Shown here: one piece after another, positions 33,347 to 47,335 of the stretch
Position numbering within the stretch: the stretch's first letter is position 1
Layout: each line of letters starts with the position of its first letter
From: the human T2T-CHM13v2.0 reference genome, Homo sapiens
Assembly (NCBI RefSeq): GCF_009914755.1
Contig: NC_060937.1
Length of the DNA: 64,000 nt
Direction: 5' to 3' (one strand)
Made by a program: the position numbers and the translations under genes
The notes under the pieces: generated by a model
The model's input: only the letters and a program-made list of their open reading frames with translations
Told to the model about the DNA's origin: nothing
Databases searched by the model: none

Positions 33347-33604
33347 AGTTTTACTGAATTAGTATTATTAAATTGTTTCTTGTGAAGCTTGTACAAATTC
33401 TGTATTTCCTCCAGTAGGGGTTTAGTGCGTCAGTTTTCCTAGGACTGGAACTGCTATTGAACATTGATGTGATGTTGAATTTTTGCTACTTTAATAAAGG
33501 AACTGCTGCGTTGGTTTTATAAAATACATTTCTTTAATAATTAGCAAATATCCTTTTCTTATGTTAATTTAATAGTTATAATTTTTTGTTGGAAAAGATC
33601 TTTT

Positions 33605-34414
<810 letters not shown>

Positions 34415-34809
34415 ACTTAAAAAGAAAATACAAACAGGACGTTCTGACAGAGAAGAAGCAAAAACCCACACCAATTCTCCTCTGGGATTGTATCACTGGC
34501 AGGTGACTGGTACAATTGCAGAGGAGAATCTTTGTAGGTTTATTACCATCTGTTATATGAAGGTGCTGCAGAAAGCCGTGTCCTCCAAATTTTTAACTAC
34601 TTGGATTTTAAAAACATGTACATTGGTTGTTAAGATTTCAGAACACTAGTTACTAAACACCAACTGGAACTACAGAAACCCTCTCTGAGCTTGGTAAGTT
34701 AGGAAGGTGCTCTGGGTTTATTTCTCGCCATGGCACTGCTTAGCTACATGATGTAGAACGATCTGCTTAATTGATGTACCTGTTTTTGTTTTAAAATCTG
34801 TAACATGCA

Positions 34810-35110
34810 GGCCGGGCGCGGTGGCTCACGTCTGTAATCCCAGCACTTTGGGAGGCCAAGGAGGGTGGATAACGAGGTCAGGAGATCTAGACCATCCTGC
34901 CTAACATGGTGAAACCCTGTCTCTACTAAAAAATTCAAAACATTAGCTGGACGTGGTGGCGGGCACCTGTAGTCCCAACTACTCGGGAGGCTGAGGCAGG
35001 AGAATGGTGTGAACCCGGGAGGCGGAGCTTGGCAGTGAGCCAAGGTCGTGCCACTGCACTCCAGCCTGGGCGACAGAGTGAGACTCCGTCTCAAAAAAAA
35101 AAAAAAAAAA
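34810..35110 (+). mobile_element. AluY
   Basis: AluY diagnostics; TSD TCTGTAACATGCA at 34797-34809 and 35112-35124. Confidence 0.95.
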
Positions 35111-35916
35111 GTCTGTAACATGCAAAGTATACCCATCTCTAAGGCTCCTGCCAATGCTAATAACCTAGGACTGCAAATGCCATAATAAGTTAAATCCATT
35201 GTAGGGGTACACAGTTCTTCCATGTTGTGTTTATAAATGCAAGCCTAGTCGTTTAGGTTAAAGTTCATTTATATTCAAATCATTGTAATCTGTGAACACC
35301 ACGGTGGGTTCTGGGGAGGTCAAGAGCTCTGATGCATGCTGAGATGCTCAGGAAATCAGTTCATAGTTTGTTGCCCCAGCAGACAGAGAGGATATTTTCA
35401 AAATATAAAAGGTTCATTGAAGCTGGAAGTGGAACTAGTAATTCATCTATAGAGTTTTCATTTTCAAAAACCTTTATAAACAAGAAATTTAGTGGAACCT
35501 GGGTTAAGCGATTCTGGAACCCCAAACACAAGGGTCACGTGCAGAAGCAGAGCTGTTTGGATCAAAATTCAGCCTCTCCCTACAGAGTCAAACGTTCCTC
35601 TTCAAAGCTCAGTCTCATGTGTGCCCCTGCTCTTGTGCGTGTCCTTCTGAGGCAGCTCTCAAGCTTTATTAAGCACACGGGACTGCAACTAATGTGGGGA
35701 TTATTTGTGAAACTGCAGCGTATTTAAGTTAAAGAGCCAAGAATGTTAGTATAATATAATGAAGTGAACCCATGAATTCTGGGTTTTCTAACTTCATTAG
35801 TGATGGACACCAGGATTCACTTCTTTGATGAATGTCTGCCTTGTTTTTAACATTAAAACCAGTAAAGCTTACCTGTTTCATATAATCGTAAAGGAGAATA
35901 TTTTAAAAATTAAGCC

Positions 35917-36215
35917 TGGCTGGCCACTGTGGCTCACGCCTGTAACGCCAGCACTTTGGGATTACAGGTGGGCAAATCACCTGAGGTCAGGAGTTCGAGA
36001 CCAGCTTGGCCAACAAGGTGAAACCCCGTCTCTACTAAAAATACAAAAATTAGCCAGGCATGGTAGCGAGCACCTGTAATCCCAGCTACTCAGGAGGCTG
36101 AGGCAGGAGAATTGCTTGAACCCGGGAGGCAGAAGTTGCACTGAGCAAGATCATACCACTGCACTCCAGCTTCGGTGGCAGAGTGAGACTCTGGCTCAAA
36201 AAAAAAAAAAAGAAA
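35917..36215 (+). mobile_element. Alu SINE (AluSx-like)
   Basis: Dimer with A tail. Confidence 0.9.
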
Positions 36216-36224
36216 AAGAAATTA

Positions 36225-36334
36225 GGTTCTACATGGTGGTTCAAGCCTGTAATTCCAACACTTTAGGAGGTCACGGTGGGAGGATCACTTGGGACCAGGA
36301 GTTCCAGACCAGCCTGGGCAACATAGTGAGACCC
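36225..36334 (+). mobile_element. Alu left monomer (FLAM/AluJ-like)
   Basis: GGTGGTTCAAGCCTGTAATTCCAACACTTT...CCTGGGCAACATAGTGAGACCC, then homology stops. Confidence 0.8.
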
Positions 36335-37179
36335 AGATAATTAATTAATTAACCCTACAGATAATTAATTAATTAACATACTGAGTGCTCTGAGGAATTC
36401 TAGTGAAGGTCACTTGTTGACGTTGGGCCTTGCTAATGCATTTGAATCTTCTGCCTTTTCCTGCTTCCCTCCCACCTGCTGTGCCTGACAGGGTCCTACT
36501 TACTCCTCAAAGCCTTCCTTGACTCCTCCAGCTGAGCTCTAATCCTTCTCTCTCCTGTGATCCCAAAACCTTCTGCATATTCCTCTGTTATAGAGCTTAT
36601 CCAGATAACAATCACTAGGGCAGTCCCTGTGATAACATGAGTACTTCATGAGGGAAGGGCACGAGTCATGTTCATCCTTGCAGCCCAGCGCCTGCCACGC
36701 AGGGGGTATGGAATGGTTGTTAGTTAAGTAACAAATGGGGCTACCCATAAACATTGCTGCTTTATAGCTAGGGAGCCTCCCGTGGCTAAGAAAGATCGAG
36801 AGCTATCATTAAGTGAACGTTGTTATTTTTTCTAATTCATGCATCACTTCAAGGGTAATAATGTGCTGTCTCAGAGCAGGCTAACCATTACTTTAGGCCA
36901 GTCTGGTATTCTCCTTTTCTTCACTGCTGCCATTTAACTGGGCGTGCAAATGGAGTCAGGTCTTCATGTTGCTGTTTACTCACCTCAGTAGGGCCTCTCA
37001 GATGAACCTTGAAGTAGACTGCACAGTCTACTTTTTCCTTTTTTCCAGAAACAATCCATCAAGCTTTCAATAATTGTGGTTTACGGTCCTGATATTAGAG
37101 CAATCTTGGACAGTATTAATCATTTGTAGGGAAAGGTTTTTTTTTTTAGCTTTTTTATGCTACAAATAGGACAGAGGGG

Positions 37180-37590
37180 TCTTATGTATCCTTCTCCCAG
37201 TGCCCCCCTCCCCCGCCAATATTAACATCTGACATAACCACAGTGCACTGATTAAAACCAGGATATTAACATGCATACAAAGACTATCTACTAGTCTACA
37301 GGCCTTATTCAGAATCTGCTGATTTTCCCACTTACATCCTTTTGCTGGTTCAGGTTACAGTCCAGGATCCCACATTCCAGTCAGTTGTCAAACTAAACTG
37401 TTTTCTCCAAATGTTATAGTTCTTTAGTTTTTCTTTGTCTTTCATGACCTTGACACTTTTGAACAGCACCAGCCCATTTCTCCCCCCTCAGTTTTGGATT
37501 GTCTGATGTTTTCTCCTGTTAGATTGAGGTTATGCATTTGGGGGCAGAAATATCACAGAACAGATGCTGCACCTTCCCAGTGCATGGGAA
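37180..37590 (-). mobile_element. L1MC/L1MD 3' fragment
   Basis: TCCAGGATCCCACATT, TTCATGACCTTGACACTTTTGAA and AGATTGAGGTTATGCATTT motifs. Confidence 0.65.
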
Positions 37591-37661
37591 GTGTTTTTCC
37601 TTGACTTTTTTGTGTGTATATTGGAGCTTTTCTTTAAGAGGTAATTACTACTCTTCAACAA

Positions 37662-37797
37662 CTTTTTTCCTCCTCCCCCTTTCCTCTTCCTCATCCTTCT
37701 TCCTCTTCCTCTTCCTCTTCCTTCTTTTTCCTCCCTTCTTCTTCTCCTCCTTTTTCTCCTTCTCCTTCTCCTGGCGTTTTATATTCTTTTTCTTTCT
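37662..37797. repeat. Polypyrimidine (CTT/CCT)n low-complexity tract
   Basis: TCCTCTTCC-type repeats over more than 100 nt; source of the F/S/L-rich ORF 37532..37960. Confidence 0.9.
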
Positions 37798-38004
37798 CAG
37801 GCATTTGGTAGGTCACTCAAAAAGCTTAGGCATTTGGAATCATAATTCATGGGCCAGGATTCCCTTGGAAGAGTGTTTCCCTTCCCCTGGGGAGCCCGAG
37901 GAAAGACTGGGCTGGTCATCCTCATGTCAGTCAGGGCCTTCTCCTTTCTTGCAGGGCTGAAGCAGCTCTCCATCCATGCCTGGCCTCTCACTGGTTACAA
38001 ACTG

Positions 38005-38320
38005 CTTCGGAGGTTGGGTTCACACAGAAGCTGACCCTGAGACAATGGCTTGAGTCCAAGTTGTTTCTTTAGGAGGTGATCCCAGGAAGCACCTGCCGGG
38101 CAGCAGGCGAGAGGCAGGAAGGGAGGGAAGGCTGGTGCCTCATCTTCAGTCTCCATCCACCACTGGGTGAGGGTGCTCCCCAGGGCATTCCTTTTCTGGC
38201 ATTTTGGCCTGGTCCAAACCAGAGAAAGCCTGCAGACAAGGAGTCAGTGGGCAGGAAGCAGGAAGTCTAGACGGAAGCCCCTGGTGTTTAAGGCAACTGC
38301 AAGTGCCCAGAAATATGGGA
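38005..38320 (-). mobile_element. ERVL LTR fragment (LTR16-like)
   Basis: GGGTTCACACAGAAGCTGACCCTGAGACAA...GGAGGTGATCCCAGGAAGCACC recalls the LTR16 family. Confidence 0.5.
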
Positions 38321-41300
38321 GGGAACCTACGTTGCCCCTTCCCCCTTTCTCATTTTACTTCTCCCATTTTTCCCCAATATTAAAGTAAAAATCCTAAGTA
38401 GTACCTGGAGCAGGGTTGCAAGGGGAAGGCATTAGAATAGAGGTTTTGTGTTGATAAAAATCCGCAGCTGCTGGCAGCGCTCTCATTCCTATGTTCTTTT
38501 ATATTTTGGATAAATTGATAGTTACTCCTATTTTTGCAAAGATGAGTGACCGAAAGCAGAAAAGAAAAATGTGTTTTCTAACTTAAAAAGTTGCTCCTTT
38601 CCAAGTAGAAGTCTTTTTTTCCCAGGCTTTCCGACTCTGCTGCCAGTTATGGAGAGAGATGAGTGACCTGAGCTCTGGGGGACGTCCTGATACCACCCAC
38701 AGGGAACCCGAAACGTCCTCCAGGGGAACCACAGAACATCTAACAGTGGGGGCTGAGCCCTTTTCAGAAACTGTCTGGCTACTTGATGCCATGTCTTGCT
38801 ATAGATAGTCCCAGAGGTTCTGAGATGTGACCTCTAAGACTAGGAGAAAGGACTTACTTGGAGGAACATGTGACACTTTCTCTCTGGCCAGATGACCTTA
38901 GCCAAGTTATTCTTCTAATGTCCTCATCTGCAAAATGGGAAAAAGAACACCTATCTCATGTGGTTGCCCTGAAACCACAGGGCATATGATGAGAGGTCAC
39001 AGGTGAGAAAGGCCGCCCAGGGTTGGCCAGAAACACTCAAAGCACGTAGAGTGGGGAGAACAGAGAGCCTCCCACCACACCCCCGACTGTGAATGTTCAT
39101 GAGCTGAATGTGCACTAACTCAGTGGCCCCAGTGGGATCTGCAAGGTCATTATTGTGATCCCACTTCTCAGAGCAGAAACTCAGTTCCCAAAGATGCTAA
39201 GCCCCTGCCTCTTGGGATGTAACTGTAGGTGGGCGAGTCAGGACTTGGATCCAGTCTGTCCAATGCTGTGATCCACTCTCCCACATGCCTCATGTACGTC
39301 ACGAACATCACACCAAAGGGCGAGAGCGGGTACTCATCTTCCCCTGCCCCACCTTCCCACATCAAGATGGATAATGAAAGAGCACTTGTAAACTCTTTTC
39401 CATGCCCAAGAGACAAGATGAGCGAATGAAACTAACATCACTCAGCACCTTCTGTGTTCCAGGAACTAGGCCAGGTGCTACCCAAAAAGTTTCCTATTTA
39501 AGAAGCGTTGGAGGATGGCAAAACCCAGCTCTCCTTCCTGGTTGTCGCACAGCGTACACAATGCACAAGCACTGGCCCAGACAAACTTTGATCAGGCACC
39601 GCTGAGCAGCTCTTGGGGGCTCTTTGGTGCCTGCAAGTTGCTGCCATTGTGCCCCTCACTCAGCTCCGTCCGGGTTGCAGCACACCAGCCCCGCTGCAGC
39701 AGCCACCGAGAGAGGATCCCACCTTTCAGACTTTGGCCAGCGTGGCGTAGTTGGTGTTTTCTTGACCAGGGTCGGAAGAGGCAGAGACTAGGGTTCCAGG
39801 TTCTGGTGGCAGCCTCGTGCAGTACGGTATGCTGAGCAAATCCTTGCACCCTCCTGGCCATCCACCTCCTTGCCTTTGTCTTCCAGTTTCTGCTCAAAGC
39901 TTTCCCCTTGGCCTAAGATGCTGCCCACTTTCCAATAAATCCTTCATTACTTCCAAATTTGGATGAATATTTCATTAGACCTATGATCAAATGGAGGGTG
40001 AGGACACAGAGGTCCCTTGGGTAGTGATAAGGTGGGAGGCAGGTAGAGGAAAGGGACATTGTGAATATAGTTAGAATGAGCTGGTACACTATTTCTGAAG
40101 TGGGCAAGTCAAAGGAGACTGTCGTAGCCACCTTCTTTTCAACTTCCTGGCAATACTGACATCACTTTGTAATTTAGATGCTGGGGGTGTCAGAAAGAGA
40201 CAGTGTGAAAGGCACTTGATTAAAATGTGTAAATCCTACTGCCCTGAAAGAATCTGATTTTTTACAACAGCCACAAAATACCAAGTAGACAGAGGCAAAG
40301 GTCTAACTTCATTTTTCTATTGAAGGTATTAATTAGGGCTGTTACTAACAGTGGTGGCATTGTGAAAGAGTCAGAGGATTCCAGCCAAACAGGACTTTTC
40401 AGGGGCTTTGAACAAGGTTTAAAGTATGTCCCTGCAGGGGAAAGGAAGCTGTCTGTAGCATCCCTACCAGCACGTTCCTCTGATTGTTCTCAGTTCATGT
40501 GAGTCCACAGAGGACATAAACCGAGTGAGCTGGTAACAGATGTAATGAAAGTACTCCAGGCCTCAGTAAGAAGAGTCAGAGGGGTGGCATTGGTGCCTGA
40601 ATAACAGCATTTGTGTAGCTAGATTAGAACAAAGCAGGGACTGGGGAACTCTTCCTGCAATTCTCAACTTACAGTTTGGGGAATGAAGGTATTAGTAACT
40701 GAGGTGAGGCTGAGGCAGTGGAAACATAGCTCAGGTGGAGAGAATTGTGCATGATCAATAAATAGAGAACGGCTAATTTTCAAATTGGTGATGCTGCTAG
40801 GAGGGCGTGAAGGAGACTAAGACAGGAAAAACATCCTTGTGGACAGCATTGGCCAAGACTTCACGGCGGAGACAGAGCACAGCTGGGGCTTGGAGGAGAG
40901 AGAGCTCTATGCTGATGGAGGGAAGGAGCCTATTCCATATGTGAGAAAGAAGGGGGACGAGCACTCCCGACCAAGTCAACAGACATAGACTGCGGGGGCC
41001 AATCTGTCTGCAGCTGAATGTGGTGAGGAGTGGCAGACACTTGGACTGAACAGGTAGCACAAGGTCCCTCTCTGGAGAGCTTTGGCAGCCAGGAAGAATT
41101 TGGATTTGGGAATCTTTGCTGATTAAGCAGGAGGGGAGGATGATACACAGGAGAAATGGTATTTTAGGCAGCACCTATCCACTTTCTATTTAGGATAGAG
41201 GGAGTCTCAGTCAACAGACTTTGAGTATCTTGATCCCATTGGCAAAGCCAGCCTAATTCATAGATCAGCTTCAGGGACTGAAGCCAATTAAATCGGGGCA

Positions 41301-42625
41301 CTCCAGCTTCACTGACAAGGCTGTTGCCATTGTGAAAGGGAGGTCAGACTCTGTAAGCCAGATACAGTTAGTCCTCCAATTTCAACTCCTCTCCCTGCGG
41401 CCAGGCCAGATCACCGAGTACCCTTGTGATCATTAGCTGCTTCCATGCAGGCAGGCCTGCAAGAAATTCGTTGGCTTTCATTTAAAGATAGGAATTGGTA
41501 ACTAAAATTGCTAGGGCGATACATAACTAAGTACTCTATAATCTTATCTACATAGATAAGAAATAATACATAAACCTGTATGATAATTAACACAGAGGAA
41601 AGTAGGCTATAAATAACCTCTAAAATGTTCTTTTACAGGGCACTAAGGAAATGGAAATGCACAGCAATTAAAAAAAATGCCAATACTTCTCTTACTTGTC
41701 ACAGGTTAGAGATATGTGAATGCCATGATTATGTTATACATTTAATTAGTATATACCTTTGTGTCTAAAGCATTTTCCATCGTGGTCGGCTATGCTTCCT
41801 GCAGTCTCAAATGCCCTCTACACACTACGGAATATCCTATCTCCCAGATGGACTGAGATTTCTTTACCACCGCATCCGTCCCCGCCCCACCCCTCCCCCA
41901 CCAATTTTGAACATTTTACAAGCTCCAGTCTTTTAAAAAATCTCATTCAGGCATGATTTTTTTTTCCTAGAAAAACTATGCCTTTCACTTAGAAATAAAG
42001 AGAAGAAAACATCTTGGCGAGTCTTGAAATATGTCAATAAATTCATTGCCCAATAGGCCTCTGGATGAGTTTATTATTTTCCGCTGCCCATAACTCCAAG
42101 CATGCATTGGATGGAAGATGATATCTGATTGTTCAGATAATTTTTTTCTTACCATCAAGAATGGAATGCTTTTTCCACTTATAATTAAAATTGTTTCAAG
42201 AAGACTACTCTGATTAATTGGCCTGGTGGTATGTGTGATGCATGTCTCGTACTTTAGGCAGAACAGGATGCAGAGAAGGTGGAAAGGAGATAGAATGATG
42301 ACCGTATTGAGTAACTGGGCCATGACAGTGAGTGTAGTCTGCTTTGCTAAATGTGAGTTTCTGTAATTTAGCTTGTAGGTGACTGGTAAATAGGGGCAGA
42401 GTGTCACCATCATGTGAAAGTTGTGCTGATTCATAGCAATTTCTGCCCTACACGTTAATGCTGGCCAAGCTTGTCTATCCACTCTCTTCTGTGTGCTCCC
42501 TTCTCCGTTGGAAGTAGTGATTGCTCGGTGCTCTCAATCTGGGAGCATTTTGCCCTTGTCTTCATATCTCAGCAGGGTCAACTCTCAAGCTGTTAAGCCC
42601 CTTCCAGGAAGCCACCCACACCTTT

Positions 42626-43162
42626 TAAAAAAACTTGTAGTAAATATACAGAACAAAATGTACCATCTTAACCATGTTTAAGTCTATTAAGTACATTTAT
42701 ATTGCTGTGCAACCAACACCACCATCCATCTCCAGAGCTGAAACTGAAACCCTGTACCCATTAAACATTAACTCCCCGTTCCCTCCACACCCCTAGCCCC
42801 GGCAGACACCATTCTACTTTCCTTTTCTGAGCTTGACAGCTCTAGATACCTCATATCAGTGGAATCGTACGGGATTGGTCTTTTTGTGATTGGTTCATTT
42901 CATTTAGCGTAAGGTCCTCAAGGTTCATCCATGTTGTAGCATGTGTCTGAATCTCCTTCCTTTTAAGGCTAATATTCTATTGTATGTATACACCACATTT
43001 TTTTAATCCATTCATCCACCACTGGACACCTGGGTTGTTTCTGTCTTTTGGCTTTTGTGAATAATGCTGCCATGACTATGTTGCGTACAAATATCTGTTA
43101 AAGATCCTGCTTTCAGTTCTTTTCCGCATACACCCAGGGGTAAAATTGTTGAATCATATCAT
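42626..43162 (-). mobile_element. L1MB 3' end
   Basis: TACCATCTTAACCAT...TATTAAGTACATT...TGTGCAACC...TCAAGGTTCATCCATGTTGTAGCATGTG...GTGAATAATGCTGC. Confidence 0.85.
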
Positions 43163-45507
43163 TTCCCATATTTTTAGAAGACATTCCTGCACAGCATTTG
43201 CAGTTGTAGTTCCTTGCTAGGAATCTAATGTGCCTTTTCAACTGCCTATGTCTTTTGATTACGATCGTTACTATTGTTAGGGCTCTGGTGATGAAGTCCT
43301 CAGGGTTCAAGGGGTCTCAGTCCTACTTTCATGAGCCCCGTTGTCTTTTGTGCACAATTTCACAGAACACAAGGCTTTTTTGTTTTTTTATTTTTTTTTT
43401 CCTGAAATGCATACATCCCATCAGAGCAGAAATGGCCATAGGGTTGGAATAAATAGGCTGGGGTATAACCCTGTGCTGTATTACCTAATTACCTCAGAAA
43501 AATGAAACCATCTCAGTTTTCTGCTCCTTAACACTGCCTCCCAGGGTACCTGCAGGAGTTTCTGACCTGAAGCATCAAACACAAGCCCTTGGTGTACACA
43601 TAACCAGTGTGATACGTTAGGAGTTTAATATGGTTGACCAGAGGCTTTTAGTCAGAGGGAGAACTTGGTTGAAGAGTTGAGAATCTCTGCAAGCAACTGG
43701 CTCAGTCTTTTTCTTATGCCTACAACTGTTGGCATTGTACACAAGGCTTAATGGACCAAACACATCAGACAAGTAAAACACCTAAACAGGAGCATTCTGT
43801 CCTAGCAATGAGTGTGTGTCCAGAGAGATCTGGAAAGCTTGAGGAAGGCAGGGAGGGGTAGAACAAGGGAAGTAAGGACACAGGAGCTGCTGTTCATTCT
43901 GGTAGAGCGGCTTGTTTATTATTCATGGTTTCCATGAGTGTTTGTTTATACCAGGAAATGCTCTCCTATGCATGCCACATGAGAGCAGGGCTCTGTGACT
44001 CAGGGTTGGTGACTGGGCTTGGAGGAATGTAGGCTCCGTCCACAAACAAAGGAGAATGAGGATTTGAATGTCACGGTAAACTTATTTGTGACTAAGGAGG
44101 TAGTGGGCAAAAGGGGGGCAGGAAGAAGCCATGGGGCAGATGAAAGAGGCGTCCTGTCTGCCCCCTGCCTGTTGCCATCACACTGGGTCGTTTTCCACAT
44201 TGCTGATCACTGCAGTGTGTTCCAGTGATGGGCTTTATCTCATTAGTGAGTCCTGAAATGAATTTAGCAAATTTCCACCAGAATTAAATACAACAACCCA
44301 AGAGAGAAGAGAGAACACCGAACACACCCCATGAAGTAAAGGTTGGCATCGTTTGTCATTCTCTTTATGTTCTCCTATGTGAGATCGTGGGGGTGAAATA
44401 CGCATCTCACTGTGGGCTGTGGTCGGAAGTTTGAAAAACACCCTGGCATTTTGCCTGTCTTCTGTTCCTGGACCTTCCCTTTCTGTTGGTGAGAATTTTG
44501 TGTCCAAATCTGGCCAAGGGTGGACTCTGAAGAGACAATCCCTGGTTGACTCTAGTGTTCATTAGAGGAGTTCTGCTGCCACTTTTTCAGGAATCAGAGA
44601 TGCCCTGAGGCCACCTAACACTCCTAGATCTTCTGTCACTGTGGTGTAGTGCAGCGTCCTGAATTTGGAGCTAAAAGCTTGGATTTGAATCACTGGAAAT
44701 GGCTGATGGGGGCGGGAAAGCTCCCACCCATGTGGGGAAGAACCCAGAGGGAGAGCGGCTTGTACAAAGGCCCTGCGGGGCGGATAGAGCTGGAGAGCTG
44801 CGGGTCAGGTTGTCACGGGCCTTGCATGACATGCAAAGAAACTTGAACTCGGTTGTGTGGGTGCTGAGGCCTGACAGGAGTTGGGGGTGTTTCAGAAAGA
44901 GCTCTTGGGCAGCAGGAGGTGGTTGGGGAGGAACACAGAGATGGGAAGGCCTGCATCCAGGGGCTGTCGGGGAGGGAGAGAGCTGCTGTGCCACAGGGTG
45001 GCTGTGGGGAGGGAAGGGAGAGTGTGGGGCATGGGAGAGTCGGGGGACTGTCCCACAGAAAGCTGGTATCTGCCTGACTGGTGGCCAGGTGTGCAGCCTG
45101 GAGGAGACGGAGCTGGGCAATGCTGAGATTCTTAGGTGGACTGATGGGGGACAGTCACATTAGAACATGGTGGGCCAGACCCTCTGTCCTGAGACACATT
45201 GGCTCTACAGTGCCCGTCTCCCGTGCTCTCCTCCCACAGCCTCCACTTCTCCAAACACCCTGGGTTTCTCCCTGCCCAGCACCAGTGCACCCACCGCATG
45301 TCCTCAGTGCTCTCAAGTGGCATCACTGCTGCACAGCTCCTGCCAGTCCCCTAGAGAGCAGCCTGCAGCCTCAGTGGCATGGCAGTGCATCTCAGCACTG
45401 GGAGTTCCAATCCTATGAGATGTCACCGACTGGCATGGGTGCCCTCTGGGGAGACCTGGTTCAGGCAGGACCTCCTTTTTAAGGCTGTTTCTAACTTCCC
45501 ATCCATC

Positions 45508-46003
45508 CTGAATTAGTCAGTGTTCTCCAGAGAAATAAAACCTATAGGAAGTATAGAGAGATAAATATTGATTGATTTTTTTTTTTAAGGAATTGCACAC
45601 GAATTTGAGGGCTGGCAAGTCCAAAATTTGTAAGTAGGCCAGTAGGCTGGAGACTCAGGTAAAAGTTGATGTTGAAGTCTTGGGTCCAGAATCCACAGGG
45701 CAAGGCAGGCCACAGCAGGCTGGGGATTCAGGCAGGCTTTTGTGTTGCAGTCTTGAGGCCGAAGTCCTTCTTCCTCAGGGAACCCACATCTTCTCTCCTA
45801 TGACTGTCCCCTGATTGGACAAGGCCCACCCACATGGCAGAGGACTCTCTCCTTTACTCAAGTCTAGTGACTTAGCTGTTAGTATCACCTAAAAATACCT
45901 TCACAGCCACACGGAGACTGCTGTTTAGATGTGTTTGCTGTCTAGATGCTGTTTGACTGGGCGCCATGGCCCAGCCAAATTGATGCATAAAGTTAGGCAT
46001 TAC
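45508..46003 (-). mobile_element. MLT2-type ERVL LTR
   Basis: ATTAGTCAGTGTTCTCCAGAGAAATAAAACC...GGCTGGCAAGTCCAAAAT...GGCTGGAGACTCAGG...CCAAATTGATGCATAAA. Confidence 0.8.
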
Positions 46004-46039
46004 AAAACCCCCACTAAAGAGTTGACAAGTCCCTGTCTG

Positions 46040-46850
46040 GGGTCTTTGCATATTTTAATCCATTCCTACAGGAATCCTGCGAAGATTCATAATCCTCATA
46101 ATTTTACAGATGATAACATTGAGATTCACACAGATTAAGAGGCTTGCCCCAAATCACACAGTTCTGGAGACAGAATCCAGGAGATGGCCCTCAGACCCAG
46201 ATGCTTCCTCCCGCAGTGCTGAGCTATCTGTGCTGTGATTGTGGGCATGCGTCCTTCAGCATTCAGGTTACATCAGGACTTTGAAAGACAGGCAGATCTT
46301 GGTCTGAATCCTTGCTCTGTCAAACACATGGGGCTGAGGACCCGGAACCATTTGTTTAACTCCTGGCTCAGTTTCCCCATTTGTAAAATGAAAATAATGA
46401 TAAACTCTCCCTGGTTTTAATGATGAAGTGAAATATGCAACACAGTGCCTGGCTGTTAGTAACCATGCACTAGACAATAATAATGGCTGTAATATTGAAT
46501 GTTTCATCATTTACAACCAACTTATTTGACAGAGAATGAAAATACCCAGTTATATACATGAAAGTCCTGTCTCTGTCAGGGTTTTGTAATAAACATTTCA
46601 AATTATGAATAGATGTCCATTACTGGAGTTTTTTTTCCTTTTTTTTAAGAGTGTTGGGTCTGGAACTCAACTGTCCAAGTCCAAACACCAGCTGTGGGTA
46701 CATCACCAACCTACCAGAGAGGGCTCAGCTTCCTTATCTGTAAAATGGTAATATTAGCAGTTCCTACCATTTAGGGTTATTGTGAGGATTAAATGAGTAA
46801 AACATGTAAAATGCTTAGAACAGAACCTGGCACATACTAGGTATTTAATA
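46040..46850. mobile_element. Cluster of three MIR fragments (mixed orientation)
   Basis: MIR cores ATTTTACAGATGA (~46100), CTCAGTTTCCCCATTTGTAAAATG (~46370) and CTCAGCTTCCTTATCTGTAAAATGG (~46730). Confidence 0.7.
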
Positions 46851-47091
46851 GACTTTACCATTTTTACCAGCTGCATAGTCTTTAACAGTACTAAGCAGTA
46901 TAGATGCTTGATTAATTTAGCTAACACTAGTGAATTGATATTGCCCAGGATGAGGGCTGCAAAGGGAGAGAAAGGCATAAAGCTGTGAAGATGTGGTTCA
47001 GTTCTCAGGGAATGCCTGGTTTTCTAAAGGTGGCAGGGCCTTCCAGGAGCAGCAGACACAGGCAGAGTGTGATACGTGAACACACTGAACA

Positions 47092-47335
47092 GTCTTAGTC
47101 TGTTCAGGCTGCTGTAACAAAATACCTTAGACTCAGTAATTTATGGACAGCAGATATTTATTTTCCCACAGTTTTAGAGGCTGGGAAGTCCAAGATCAAG
47201 GCACCTGTAGATTCAGTGTCTGGTGAAGACCCTTTTGCATGGATAATGCCTTGTATGTGCCCTCACTTTGTGGGAGGGGCACGGGGACTCCCTCTGCCCC
47301 TTTTATAAGGGCACTCCTCCCATTCATGAGGGTGG
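47092..47335 (-). mobile_element. MLT1A/MSTD-like LTR fragment
   Basis: GTCTTAGTCTGTTCAGGCTGCTGTAACAAAATACC...GGCTGGGAAGTCCAAGATCAAGG. Confidence 0.8.

Noticed and set aside
39594-39635. CAGGCACC...GGTGCCTG hairpin as a possible miRNA
   Set aside because: Only an 8-bp stem plus weak inner pairing; too short for a Drosha substrate.
40190-40260. Possible reverse-transcriptase motif (F*SSAFHTV) on the minus strand
   Set aside because: A single short degenerate match; no neighbouring RT motifs could be recovered by eye. Needs an HMM search.
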